From: Flavobacteriales bacterium | GTDB taxonomy: Bacteria; Bacteroidota; Bacteroidia; CAIKAF01 | DNA length: 64,000 bases | Direction of reading: 5' to 3' | Assembly (NCBI GenBank): GCA_044376575.1 | Contig: JBILKR010000005.1 | Location: 44,078-108,077, forward strand | Part shown: one piece after another, positions 9,669 through 19,024 of the stretch | Layout: each line of letters opens with the position of its first letter | Position numbering within the stretch: the first letter of the stretch is position 1 | Program-made: the position numbers and the translations under genes | Notes under the pieces: generated by a model | Database searches by the model: none | Seen by the model: the letters and a program-made list of their open reading frames with translations, nothing else | What the model was told of the DNA's origin: nothing

Positions 9669-11048
9669 ATGAGAAAACTAGCGCTTATCGCCGGTGTAAT
9701 TTGGTTACTTGGAAGTTGCAGCGGTGGCTATAATGGCCAGTTAATCGGAGTTCAGGGTCGTCCTAAATGGTATCAAGCTGATCCTTACGGAATGGTTTTT
9801 TTACCGATGGGAAGTTATACCATGGGTGACAGTGATCAGGAAGTGCCTCAGGCATTCCTTGCACCAAGTAAAACTGTTTCTGTTCAGGCCTTTTACATGG
9901 ATCAAACTGAAATATCTAATAATGAATATCGTCAGTTTGTAAATTATGTTAGAGATTCATTGGCTCGAACCATTTTGGGAACAAATGTGGATGAAGAAGC
10001 CTTCTTCATTGCAGAGAATGACTATGAAGAGGAAATAGATCCACCGATTCTTAACTGGAAAGCTCGTATTAAATGGGATGATCAAGAGCAACGTGAGGCG
10101 CTTGAGGAATTATACTATCCTGAAGATCAGCGATACATGAGAAAGCGTGAGATTGATGTAAATAAATTGGTTTATACATATTGGTGGATAGACCTTGTAG
10201 AGGCTTCTAAATACAAATATCGTGACACACGCTATGAATCTGAAAAAGGAATTAATGGTAAGGATGATAAAACATATTATCAGCAGTATACCGGACCGGC
10301 TTCAGGTTCTGCATCACGTCAGGACAGAAGAACATTCATCCGTAAGGAAATGGTCAATATTTATCCTGATACATTGGTTTGGATTGCTGATTTAGAGTAT
10401 TCATATAATGAGCCTCTCACTAAAATGTATTTCTGGCATCCGGCTTATGATAATTATCCTGTAGTTGGGGTAAACTGGAATCAGGCCAATGCATTCTCAC
10501 ATTGGAGAACTGAATTTATGAATAGTTACTTGGTAGGTGAAGGTGATTTCCCGGTTCATGATTTCCGTTTACCAACTGAATCTGAGTGGGAATATGCTGC
10601 ACGTGGAGGTCTGGATTTGAGCCCATACCCATGGGGTGGTCCATACATCCGTAACTCAAGAGGTTGTTTCTTAGGTAACTTTAAACCTTTGCGTGGAAAT
10701 TATATTGACGATGGCGGTTTCCATACATTACCTGTTGATTCTTACAATCCAAACGAGTATGGTTTATATTGTATGGCTGGTAACGTAGCTGAGTGGACGG
10801 CTGCTGCATTTGAAGAATCTGGTTTTTCATTCTCTCATGATTTGAATCCTGATTTGAGATATGATGCAAAAAGTTCAGATCCTCCGGTCTTAAAAAGAAA
10901 AGTAATTCGTGGTGGTTCATGGAAAGATGTTGGATATTATTTACAGGTATCCAGCAGATTATTTGAATATCAGGATACATCTAAGAGTTATATCGGATTT
11001 CGTTGTGTGCAAACCTTTATGGGTCGCGACAAGTCTGATTTTGAATAG
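9669..11048 (+). CDS. gldK: Gliding motility/T9SS lipoprotein GldK (PorK)
   Basis: SUMF1/FGE-sulfatase-like domain protein. A lipoprotein signal (MRKLALIAGVIWLLGSC) begins at the in-frame ATG at 9669; the track ORF starts 51 nt earlier at 9618. First gene of the gldKLMN order. Confidence 0.88.
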   Translation: MRKLALIAGVIWLLGSCSGGYNGQLIGVQGRPKWYQADPYGMVFLPMGSYTMGDSDQEVPQAFLAPSKTVSVQAFYMDQTEISNNEYRQFVNYVRDSLARTILGTNVDEEAFFIAENDYEEEIDPPILNWKARIKWDDQEQREALEELYYPEDQRYMRKREIDVNKLVYTYWWIDLVEASKYKYRDTRYESEKGINGKDDKTYYQQYTGPASGSASRQDRRTFIRKEMVNIYPDTLVWIADLEYSYNEPLTKMYFWHPAYDNYPVVGVNWNQANAFSHWRTEFMNSYLVGEGDFPVHDFRLPTESEWEYAARGGLDLSPYPWGGPYIRNSRGCFLGNFKPLRGNYIDDGGFHTLPVDSYNPNEYGLYCMAGNVAEWTAAAFEESGFSFSHDLNPDLRYDAKSSDPPVLKRKVIRGGSWKDVGYYLQVSSRLFEYQDTSKSYIGFRCVQTFMGRDKSDFE

Positions 11049-11153
11049 TATTGATAACATATTTAATAGAGAAAATATTAACCAACCACTGATTTATTTT
11101 TAAATGTTTAATTATTAATTTTTTCTTAACCTATTTAATTTAAATTTTAGACG

Positions 11154-11966
11154 ATGAAGAATTTAATCACATTTCTCTTCAAAACCAAGAAAGGGAAGCA
11201 GATCATGGGAATGATTTACGGTCTTGGAGCCGCAGTTGTAATTGTTGGTGCATGGGCAAAAATCCTCCACCTTCCGATTGCGAACGTGATGATTACAGTG
11301 GGACTTTTAACAGAAGCTTTGATTTTCGTAGTTTCAGCTTTTGAACCACCACATGAAGAAATTGACTGGTCATTGGTTTATCCTGAACTGGCTGGTGAAG
11401 AGGGGCATGGTGATGGACATGGCAAAGGCAAATCAGTGAAAGGAGGAACAGGTGTTACTCAAGAATTGGATAAATTGATGGAAGAAGCCAAAATTGATTC
11501 TGTTTTAATACAGAGTTTGGGTGATGGTATGAGAAAATTAAGTGAAACAACTAATGGTTTATCTAATGTTTCTGATGCCTCTTTAGCAACCAATGAATTT
11601 GTTTCTAACGTTAAATCAGCATCAAGTAATATGGGTAAACTTTCTGAATCGTATGTTAAAGCTTCAGAATCTTTAATGGCAATTTCTACTGCTGATGGTC
11701 AGAATTATGGTGAAGAATTACAACGTGTATCTAAAAATTTATCGGCGTTGAATTCAGTATATGAACTTCAGATTCAGGGAACAAAAGAATATGTTGAATC
11801 AAGTGCTAAGGCATACAATAACATCAATGAATTATTAAAATATCTTGATGCTTCAGTGGATGATACTAAACGATATAAAGATGAAATTCATAAATTAGGA
11901 AATAACTTATCTGCATTGAATACCGTTTACGGTAACATGTTGGCTGCTATGAATGTCAACAGATAA
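11154..11966 (+). CDS. gldL: Gliding motility/T9SS protein GldL (PorL)
   Basis: 270 aa. Two N-terminal transmembrane helices (YGLGAAVVIVGAWAKILHL...) followed by a cytoplasmic coiled-coil region. Positioned between gldK and gldM. Confidence 0.85.
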   Translation: MKNLITFLFKTKKGKQIMGMIYGLGAAVVIVGAWAKILHLPIANVMITVGLLTEALIFVVSAFEPPHEEIDWSLVYPELAGEEGHGDGHGKGKSVKGGTGVTQELDKLMEEAKIDSVLIQSLGDGMRKLSETTNGLSNVSDASLATNEFVSNVKSASSNMGKLSESYVKASESLMAISTADGQNYGEELQRVSKNLSALNSVYELQIQGTKEYVESSAKAYNNINELLKYLDASVDDTKRYKDEIHKLGNNLSALNTVYGNMLAAMNVNR

Positions 11967-12015
11967 TAAATTTTCAATTTTGATAATATTAAACCTAAAA
12001 ATGAATTAAAGAATT

Positions 12016-13665
12016 ATGGCAGGAGGTAATATATCACCGCGGCAGAAGATGATCAACATGATGTACCTAGTGTTGACGGCTCTGTTAGCGTTGAACGTAT
12101 CGAAAGAAATTCTAGATGCCTTTGTGGTGGTTAACATTGGTTTAAATCAACAAAGAGCGAATATAGAGCAGAAGAATGAAAGTTGGTATAAAGAGTTTGT
12201 GAATCAGGATGAGACCGTAAACAGAGGAAAAAACCTGAAAGTTAAACAAGCTCGACAAAATGCTGATGAAGTTTCTAAAATCGCAAAAGAAATGAGTGCA
12301 TTTATCCATTCTATGAAAGTAGATTTAGTTATGCTTGTGGATGCTGCACCTTCAAAAGAAGAAGCGGAAAACAGAATTAAAAATCCATCTTCAATTGATA
12401 AAAAAGACGATTATGATAAACCCACGCATTATTTTGGTGCTGAGCCAGAAACAGTGGATAAAGGTAAAGCGCGTGAATTAAAGCTTAAACTGAATGATTA
12501 TAAGAAGAAGTTGATGGCTTTGGTGGATGAAAAAAATAAATTAGCGATGGAGGCTCGTCTTTCTCTTTTAAATACTCCAGATCCAGACCCAAAAGATAAG
12601 GCATGCGTTGAAGATGCAAAATGTGTATGGGAAATGAAATATTTTTACCATTTACCATTATCTGCAGCGTTAGTTGAGTTAACCAAATGGGAAAACATTG
12701 TTAAAGGTGCTGAGGCAGAAATGCTAACCTATTTCTGGGATCAGATATCTGCAACAGCATTTAAGTTTGATGCCGTTGAAGCAAAAGTAATTCCAAAATC
12801 AAGTTTTGTTACCTCTGGTTCAAGCTTTGAAGCGGAAGTATTTTTGGCCGCTTTCAGTACTTCTTTCAAACCTACTATTGTATATGGAACAGCTGTTGAT
12901 TCTGCAACTGGTAATGTAACCGGTGCAGTTCAATTGGATTCAACTTTAATCAGAAATGGTAAAGGATATGTAACAATCCCCGCATCTGGCGCAGGAGAAA
13001 GAACATTTGCCGGTGTAATTAAAATGATTGATCCGGTTACACAGAAAGAGACATCTTACCCTTACCAGACGGTCTATAACGTTGCTCCTCCATCAGCATC
13101 TGTTGCTCCTACTAACATGAATGTATTCTACAGAGGACTAGAGAATCCGATTTCGGTTAGTGTTCCCGGTGCTGCACCTAATAATATTATTGTTAATGTT
13201 ACAGGTGGTTCTATCAGTGGTTCAAATGGTACATACAATGTAGTACCCGGTGCTGGTAAAGAAATGTCAGTCAATGTTTCAGTAAAAAATCCTGGTGGAA
13301 AAACATCCAGTATGGGTAGTTTTAAATTCCGTGTAAAGCCTATTCCACAGCCTGAATTTAAGTGGGGTACATTTGCAACAGGTTCTAAGATTGATAAATC
13401 AACAGCAGCTGTTTCTCCTTTGGTAGCTGAGTTACCTGGATTTGAATTCCCCGTTAAGGCTTCTGTTTTGAAGTATGATATTTCTTACGTTGATAAAGGG
13501 AATTTGATTGAAATTACCAATCAGTCAGGTAGATCTTTGTCTGTTGATGTACAAAACAAAATCAAAAAGTTACCTAAGAATACGAAGGTGTTTTTTGAAA
13601 ATGTGAAAGTACAGGTTCCAGGAGAGACTAAAACAATTAAAATTGCCGTTTTCACTATAAATTAA
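12016..13665 (+). CDS. gldM: Gliding motility/T9SS protein GldM (PorM)
   Basis: 549 aa. N-terminus MAGGNISPRQKMINMMYLVLTALLALNVSKEIL matches the conserved GldM N-terminal transmembrane segment. Large periplasmic region follows. Confidence 0.9.
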   Translation: MAGGNISPRQKMINMMYLVLTALLALNVSKEILDAFVVVNIGLNQQRANIEQKNESWYKEFVNQDETVNRGKNLKVKQARQNADEVSKIAKEMSAFIHSMKVDLVMLVDAAPSKEEAENRIKNPSSIDKKDDYDKPTHYFGAEPETVDKGKARELKLKLNDYKKKLMALVDEKNKLAMEARLSLLNTPDPDPKDKACVEDAKCVWEMKYFYHLPLSAALVELTKWENIVKGAEAEMLTYFWDQISATAFKFDAVEAKVIPKSSFVTSGSSFEAEVFLAAFSTSFKPTIVYGTAVDSATGNVTGAVQLDSTLIRNGKGYVTIPASGAGERTFAGVIKMIDPVTQKETSYPYQTVYNVAPPSASVAPTNMNVFYRGLENPISVSVPGAAPNNIIVNVTGGSISGSNGTYNVVPGAGKEMSVNVSVKNPGGKTSSMGSFKFRVKPIPQPEFKWGTFATGSKIDKSTAAVSPLVAELPGFEFPVKASVLKYDISYVDKGNLIEITNQSGRSLSVDVQNKIKKLPKNTKVFFENVKVQVPGETKTIKIAVFTIN

Positions 13666-13669
13666 ATAT

Positions 13670-14521
13670 ATGAAGAAAGTAACCTTTTTTCTGATCATCG
13701 CACTAGCATTTACCTTTGGTATTGCTGATTTGGGAGCACAGGTGTTAACTCCAACACCTTATGATGGTATTTACACTAAGATTCATTATCCCAATAGGAG
13801 AGTTGTACCTTATTCTCAATTAAGAGAAGCAGATGTTATGTTTGCCAAAAGGGTGTGGAGAAAAATTGATTTACGTGAAAAACTTAATCAACCATTATAT
13901 TATCCTATTGAGGAAACTTTTCAACGTAAAAATTTAATGAAAGTAATAGTTGATGCATTGTTAAAAGAACAATCTTTAAATGCTTATGATGCATTAACAG
14001 ATGATTTTAGTGGTGGTGCATTAACAACTGCAGAAGTTGAAAAACTATTCTCAAGTACTGATTCAATTCAAATTCCAAGTCTTGAAGATCCAGAAATTTT
14101 GATTGATACTGTGATTAAAAAAGATTTCGATCCATCTTCTGTAAAAGCATTTAAAATAAAGGAAGAATGGGTATTCGATAAGCAACGTTCTGTTTTTGAA
14201 CCAAGAATTATTGGTATTTGTCCTGTTCAACAAGTTGAAAAAGGTGAAGAAGTATTTGATAAAGATATGTTTTGGTTATACTTTCCTGAAGTGAGAAAAG
14301 TATTGATTAATCATGAAGTGTATAATCCTTATAATTTCTCTCAGCGATTAACTTACGATGATGTATTTATGAAGCGTCAGTTCAATAGTCTTATTTATAA
14401 GGTTGACAATACTTATGATCGTAGATTAAGTGAATATACCACCGGAATAAATGCTTTACTCGAAGCAGAAGAGATTAAGACTCAGTTGATGGATTATGAG
14501 CATAATCTTTGGGAACAATAA
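13670..14521 (+). CDS. gldN: Gliding motility/T9SS protein GldN (PorN)
   Basis: 283 aa with a signal peptide, last gene of the gldKLMN operon. Begins 5 nt after the gldM stop. Confidence 0.85.
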   Translation: MKKVTFFLIIALAFTFGIADLGAQVLTPTPYDGIYTKIHYPNRRVVPYSQLREADVMFAKRVWRKIDLREKLNQPLYYPIEETFQRKNLMKVIVDALLKEQSLNAYDALTDDFSGGALTTAEVEKLFSSTDSIQIPSLEDPEILIDTVIKKDFDPSSVKAFKIKEEWVFDKQRSVFEPRIIGICPVQQVEKGEEVFDKDMFWLYFPEVRKVLINHEVYNPYNFSQRLTYDDVFMKRQFNSLIYKVDNTYDRRLSEYTTGINALLEAEEIKTQLMDYEHNLWEQ

Positions 14522-14540
14522 AGTATAGAAATTTTAAATT

Positions 14541-14569
14541 TAAAAGCCCGATTTATCGGGCTTTTTTTA
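14541..14569. terminator. Bidirectional rho-independent terminator between gldN (+) and asd (-)
   Basis: Hairpin AAAGCCCGAT-tt-ATCGGGCTTT followed by a T-run, and by an A-run on the other strand. The asd stop codon lies inside the T-tract. Confidence 0.75.
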
Positions 14570-15559
14570 TATCCAGTGATTAGATAAAATATATTCTGCA
14601 ATTTGAATGGCATTGGTTGCAGCACCTTTTCGCAGATTGTCTGATACAATCCATAAATTGATTCCATGCTCTATTGATTCGTCTTTCCTTATGCGGCCTA
14701 CTAAGACCATATCAGAATCTTTCGCGTGAATTAATGGCATGGGATAAATCAGTTTAGATATATCATCCATAACTATGATTCCGGGAGTCTGATTTAATAT
14801 ATCTCTGATATTATTGATATCAGGTGTTTTTGAAAATTCAATATTCACAGACTCTGAATGCCCACCTAATACAGGTATTCGGACTGTTGTAGATGTTATA
14901 CGTATGTGTTTATCATCAAGAATTTTTTTTGTTTCATTGACCATTTTCATCTCTTCCTTGGTGTATCCATTATCCATAAAAACATCAATCTGTGGTATTA
15001 CATTCAAATCAATTGGATATGGATATGCCATTTCTCCTAATATACCGCTTCTCTCATTCATTAACTGCTGAACAGCTTTGGCTCCTGTTCCTGTTACAGA
15101 CTGATAGGTTGAGACTACAACTCTATTGATATTATAAATATCATGTAATGGTTTTAATACCATTACCATCTGAATGGTTGAGCAATTTGGATTGGCTATG
15201 ATTTTGTTGTTGTGGTTTAATACACTGGCATTCACTTCAGGCACAATTAAAGGAATATCTTCGTGCATTCTCCATGCTGAAGAATTATCAATCACAAATG
15301 TTCCTTTCTTTGAAAATTCAGGTGCATATTGAAGAGAAACAGATGATCCCGCTGAAAATAATGCGATATCAGGATTTTTCTCAATGGCTTGTTCGATAGA
15401 AACTACTGCATATTCTTTTTGGCAATACATTATTTTTCTACCAACAGATTTTTCTGATGCAACGGGAATCAATTCAGTAACAGGAAAATTTCTCTCTTCG
15501 AGCAATCTTAACATCATGTTGCCTACTAAACCAGTGCAACCTACAACTGCTACTTTCAT
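14567..15559 (-). CDS. asd: Aspartate-semialdehyde dehydrogenase
   Basis: 330 aa. N-terminal Rossmann motif (MKVAVVGCTGLVGN) and an active-site Cys region (IANPNCSTI). Confidence 0.92.
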   Translation of the reverse strand: MKVAVVGCTGLVGNMMLRLLEERNFPVTELIPVASEKSVGRKIMYCQKEYAVVSIEQAIEKNPDIALFSAGSSVSLQYAPEFSKKGTFVIDNSSAWRMHEDIPLIVPEVNASVLNHNNKIIANPNCSTIQMVMVLKPLHDIYNINRVVVSTYQSVTGTGAKAVQQLMNERSGILGEMAYPYPIDLNVIPQIDVFMDNGYTKEEMKMVNETKKILDDKHIRITSTTVRIPVLGGHSESVNIEFSKTPDINNIRDILNQTPGIIVMDDISKLIYPMPLIHAKDSDMVLVGRIRKDESIEHGINLWIVSDNLRKGAATNAIQIAEYILSNHWI

Positions 15560-15637
15560 TGAATTATAATTGATAATAATGAGTTATACTCATCAAAAAT
15601 AAGTATTTTTATCAAAGACTTATTGTATTTGTTGGAT

Positions 15638-18600
15638 ATGCAAAAAAATCTGATTGTTGCCCTTTGTTGCTTGTTTTCTCAAGTAATGCTTTGGTCGCAG
15701 GTAAATGATAATTTTTCTGATGGAGATTATTTGAATTCACCTGCATGGACAGGTGATACCGCTAAATTTGATGTGAGTGTAACCCAGGAATTATGGTTAA
15801 ATGCTCCAGTCGTTACAGATATGGCTTATCTTTCAACTATTTCATCAAGTATAAACGTTGCATCATGGGAGTGTAAATTCAGACTGGTATTCAATCCCTC
15901 AAGTTCAAACTATGCCAGATTCTATTTGGTTTCCAACCAACAAAATATATTGAATCCCTTAAATGGTTATTTCATCCAAATGGGAAGTACTGATGATGAT
16001 ATATGTTTGTATAAACAAAGCGGAACAACTGTAACTAAAATTATTGATGGGGTAAATGGAATGTTGAATTCTGCTACAGTGACATGCAGAATTAAGGCAA
16101 CACGTGATGCGATTGGGAACTGGCAACTGGAGGCAGATTCAACCGGAGGGAATACTTATGTCTCGTTGGGTTCTGTTTTTGATAACACCTATACTCAAAG
16201 TCTTTTTACCGGCTTTTCCTGTGTTTATACATCAACAAGGTCTGATAAATTTTATTTTGATGATGTTTTAATAACTGGAGCAGCAGCAAATGATACAATT
16301 GCTCCCAATGTTGTAGCCTTGCAGATTGTTGACAGCACCCATCTTACAATTGATTTCTCGGAGCCTATTCTTGCATCGAATGCAGAAAATGAAATGAATT
16401 ATTTTATTTCCGGGGGTATTGCTAATCCATCAGTTGCGATTATCAATGCATTGGATAATTCGAAAGTTGATCTTACTTTAAATACTCCTATACTTGAAAA
16501 TATAATGTATTCAATTTCAGTAACAGCTGTTACTGATTATCTTGGTAATACTATGAATGATACTACATTCAGTTTTGCTGATTTTACAGCTCAGGCAGGT
16601 GATGTTGTAATTAATGAAATTATGGCTGATCCTTCACCGGTTGTGAATTTGCCTGAATATGAATACATAGAATTAAGAAATAACACTTCGTTGCCGATTC
16701 AATTATCAGGTTGGAAGTTCAAAGTAAACTCCACCATTAAAACATTACCGTCTTTTACTATACAACCCGATAGTTTTGCTTTACTTGTAAGTAACACAGC
16801 TGTTACAGAGTTTGCCGGGTTACCCGTAATTGGTATTTCTTCTTTCCCTTCCATTACCAACAATGGTTCGGTAATTTCTCTTTTTGATCCGACAGATCAA
16901 TTGATAGATGAAGTTGATTTTACCATCGACTGGTATAATAATCCTAATGTGGATGACGGTGGATATTCCATAGAAAAAAAGAATCCTTTTGATCAGTGCG
17001 GAGGAATTAATAACTGGAGAGCAACTTTTGATATTAACGGAGGAACACCCGGAAGAACGAATAGTGTATATACTACACTATTAACCGATTTGGGTTTTAA
17101 GGAAGTTAATGTAATTACTTCGGATTCAATAATTGTAATATTTAATAAATCATTAGATACTGCTACTGTGGATATCAATGATTTTTCAATTGATCCGTCT
17201 ATTGGATCTCCAGGTCAATTGACATTTCTTTCGGTTTCATCAGTTGCACTAAAATTATTGACAGGTTTATTACCTAATGAATCATATACGCTTACTTGTT
17301 CAACTACTGTTGCTGATTGTAGCAATCAGATACCTACCTTTCCTATCACAGCATTGATTATGAATTACGTACCTGCCATTCATGATGTGGTGATCAATGA
17401 AATTATGTGTGATGAAAGTCCTTCAGTTTTGTTACCAACAGCTGAGTATATCGAATTATATAATCGAAGAAATTTTCCTATTACGTTGAGAGATTTTGTA
17501 TTAATATCAGGTTCGTCCTCATACACCTTGCCTTCATATACGCTTCAACCGGATAGTTTTGTAGTATTGATTAAAGATGTATGGCAACAGGAGTTTGTTG
17601 GTTTACCTGTAATCCCGATGAGCAGCTTTCCATCTTTAACCAATTCAGGTCAGCAATTATCTCTGTATGCCAAGACCGGAGAATTTTTGCATACTGTAAC
17701 TTATTCTGATAAATGGTATGGAAACAGTGCGAAAGATGATGGTGGGTGGTCGCTGGAACAAATCAATCCGAATTTACCATGCATAGGTAAAAATAACTGG
17801 AAAGCATCAGAAAATTATAAAGGAGGAACTCCTGGAAATAGAAATTCTGTTGAGCAAATATTTTTAGATACAACTTCATTGTATGCCTATGGAGTAGGAG
17901 TGAAGTCAGTTGATACATTATTGGTTTATTTGCGTAAATCTATACTGCCTTCTACATTGTCAGTTACACAATTTCAAATCAGTGGTGGGATAGGAAATCC
18001 TTTATCAGTTCTTCCTGTATATCCAGAACTTAATCAGTTAGAATTGGTCTTATCTTCTTCATTACAGTTAGATTCTATATATCAACTCATCATTCAATCA
18101 GGCATGTCTGATTGTGGAGGCAATATTATTTTAAAAGATACTTTTGAAATGGCTATTCCTGATTCATTAGAATCATTGGATGTGGTTATCAATGAAATTT
18201 TATCTGATCCTATTTCAGATGGAATTGATTTTATTGAAGTATATAATCGTTCAACACGATTTATTGACTTGAAAGATCTGTATATAAGCACTGCTGATAC
18301 TATAACTGGAATGTTGGAGAGTATTAAGATGATATCGCCAACGTCATTGATTATTGCACCTGCACACTACAAAGTATTTTCTACCGATATGTATCAGGTA
18401 TTGAAATATTATCAAACCAAAGATAATACTGCATTTATCAATCTTGAGTCAATGCCTTCCTATAGCAATACTGAAGGAACCGTTGTATTGTCAAACATTT
18501 CACAACAAATCATTGATCAGGTATCATACAATGAGAACTGGCATTTCCCTCTACTCAATTCAACAGATGGTGTTTCACTGGAGCGCATTAATCCTGATCA

Positions 18601-19021
18601 AACATCACAAGATTCAACCAACTGGCATTCGGCTGCAATGAATGTTGGATTTGCCACACCGGGTTATAAAAATTCACAATACGTTTATGTATCTCCGATC
18701 AGTAATCAGTTTACAGTTACGCCTGAAGTATTTTCACCGGATCAGGATGGTGTAGATGATGTATTGATTATTCAATATCAGTTTAATGACCCTGGATACC
18801 TCGCAACGATTGAAGTATATGATGCTACAGGAAGAAAAGTGCAAACCATAGCAAATAATCAATACATAGGAACTGAAGGATATTATTCATGGGACGGCAT
18901 CAATGCTGACGGAAATAAAGCAAGAACCGGAATACATGTGATATCATTCAGGGTATTGGATCCATCCGGTAAAACTCATGAATTCAAGAAACCTTGTGTG
19001 GTTGCAACTCGTCTGAATTAA
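15638..19021 (+). CDS. Secreted protein with three lamin-tail-domain (LTD) repeats and a T9SS type-B C-terminal sorting domain
   Basis: Signal peptide starts at the ATG at 15638; the track ORF starts at a TTG at 15623. Three repeats begin VVINEI(M/L)xDPxP...(I/Y)IEL(R/Y)N...GW. The C-terminus (FSPDQDGVDDVLIIQYQF...) resembles a gliding-motility C-terminal domain. Confidence 0.8.
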   Translation: MQKNLIVALCCLFSQVMLWSQVNDNFSDGDYLNSPAWTGDTAKFDVSVTQELWLNAPVVTDMAYLSTISSSINVASWECKFRLVFNPSSSNYARFYLVSNQQNILNPLNGYFIQMGSTDDDICLYKQSGTTVTKIIDGVNGMLNSATVTCRIKATRDAIGNWQLEADSTGGNTYVSLGSVFDNTYTQSLFTGFSCVYTSTRSDKFYFDDVLITGAAANDTIAPNVVALQIVDSTHLTIDFSEPILASNAENEMNYFISGGIANPSVAIINALDNSKVDLTLNTPILENIMYSISVTAVTDYLGNTMNDTTFSFADFTAQAGDVVINEIMADPSPVVNLPEYEYIELRNNTSLPIQLSGWKFKVNSTIKTLPSFTIQPDSFALLVSNTAVTEFAGLPVIGISSFPSITNNGSVISLFDPTDQLIDEVDFTIDWYNNPNVDDGGYSIEKKNPFDQCGGINNWRATFDINGGTPGRTNSVYTTLLTDLGFKEVNVITSDSIIVIFNKSLDTATVDINDFSIDPSIGSPGQLTFLSVSSVALKLLTGLLPNESYTLTCSTTVADCSNQIPTFPITALIMNYVPAIHDVVINEIMCDESPSVLLPTAEYIELYNRRNFPITLRDFVLISGSSSYTLPSYTLQPDSFVVLIKDVWQQEFVGLPVIPMSSFPSLTNSGQQLSLYAKTGEFLHTVTYSDKWYGNSAKDDGGWSLEQINPNLPCIGKNNWKASENYKGGTPGNRNSVEQIFLDTTSLYAYGVGVKSVDTLLVYLRKSILPSTLSVTQFQISGGIGNPLSVLPVYPELNQLELVLSSSLQLDSIYQLIIQSGMSDCGGNIILKDTFEMAIPDSLESLDVVINEILSDPISDGIDFIEVYNRSTRFIDLKDLYISTADTITGMLESIKMISPTSLIIAPAHYKVFSTDMYQVLKYYQTKDNTAFINLESMPSYSNTEGTVVLSNISQQIIDQVSYNENWHFPLLNSTDGVSLERINPDQTSQDSTNWHSAAMNVGFATPGYKNSQYVYVSPISNQFTVTPEVFSPDQDGVDDVLIIQYQFNDPGYLATIEVYDATGRKVQTIANNQYIGTEGYYSWDGINADGNKARTGIHVISFRVLDPSGKTHEFKKPCVVATRLN

Positions 19022-19024
19022 AAA

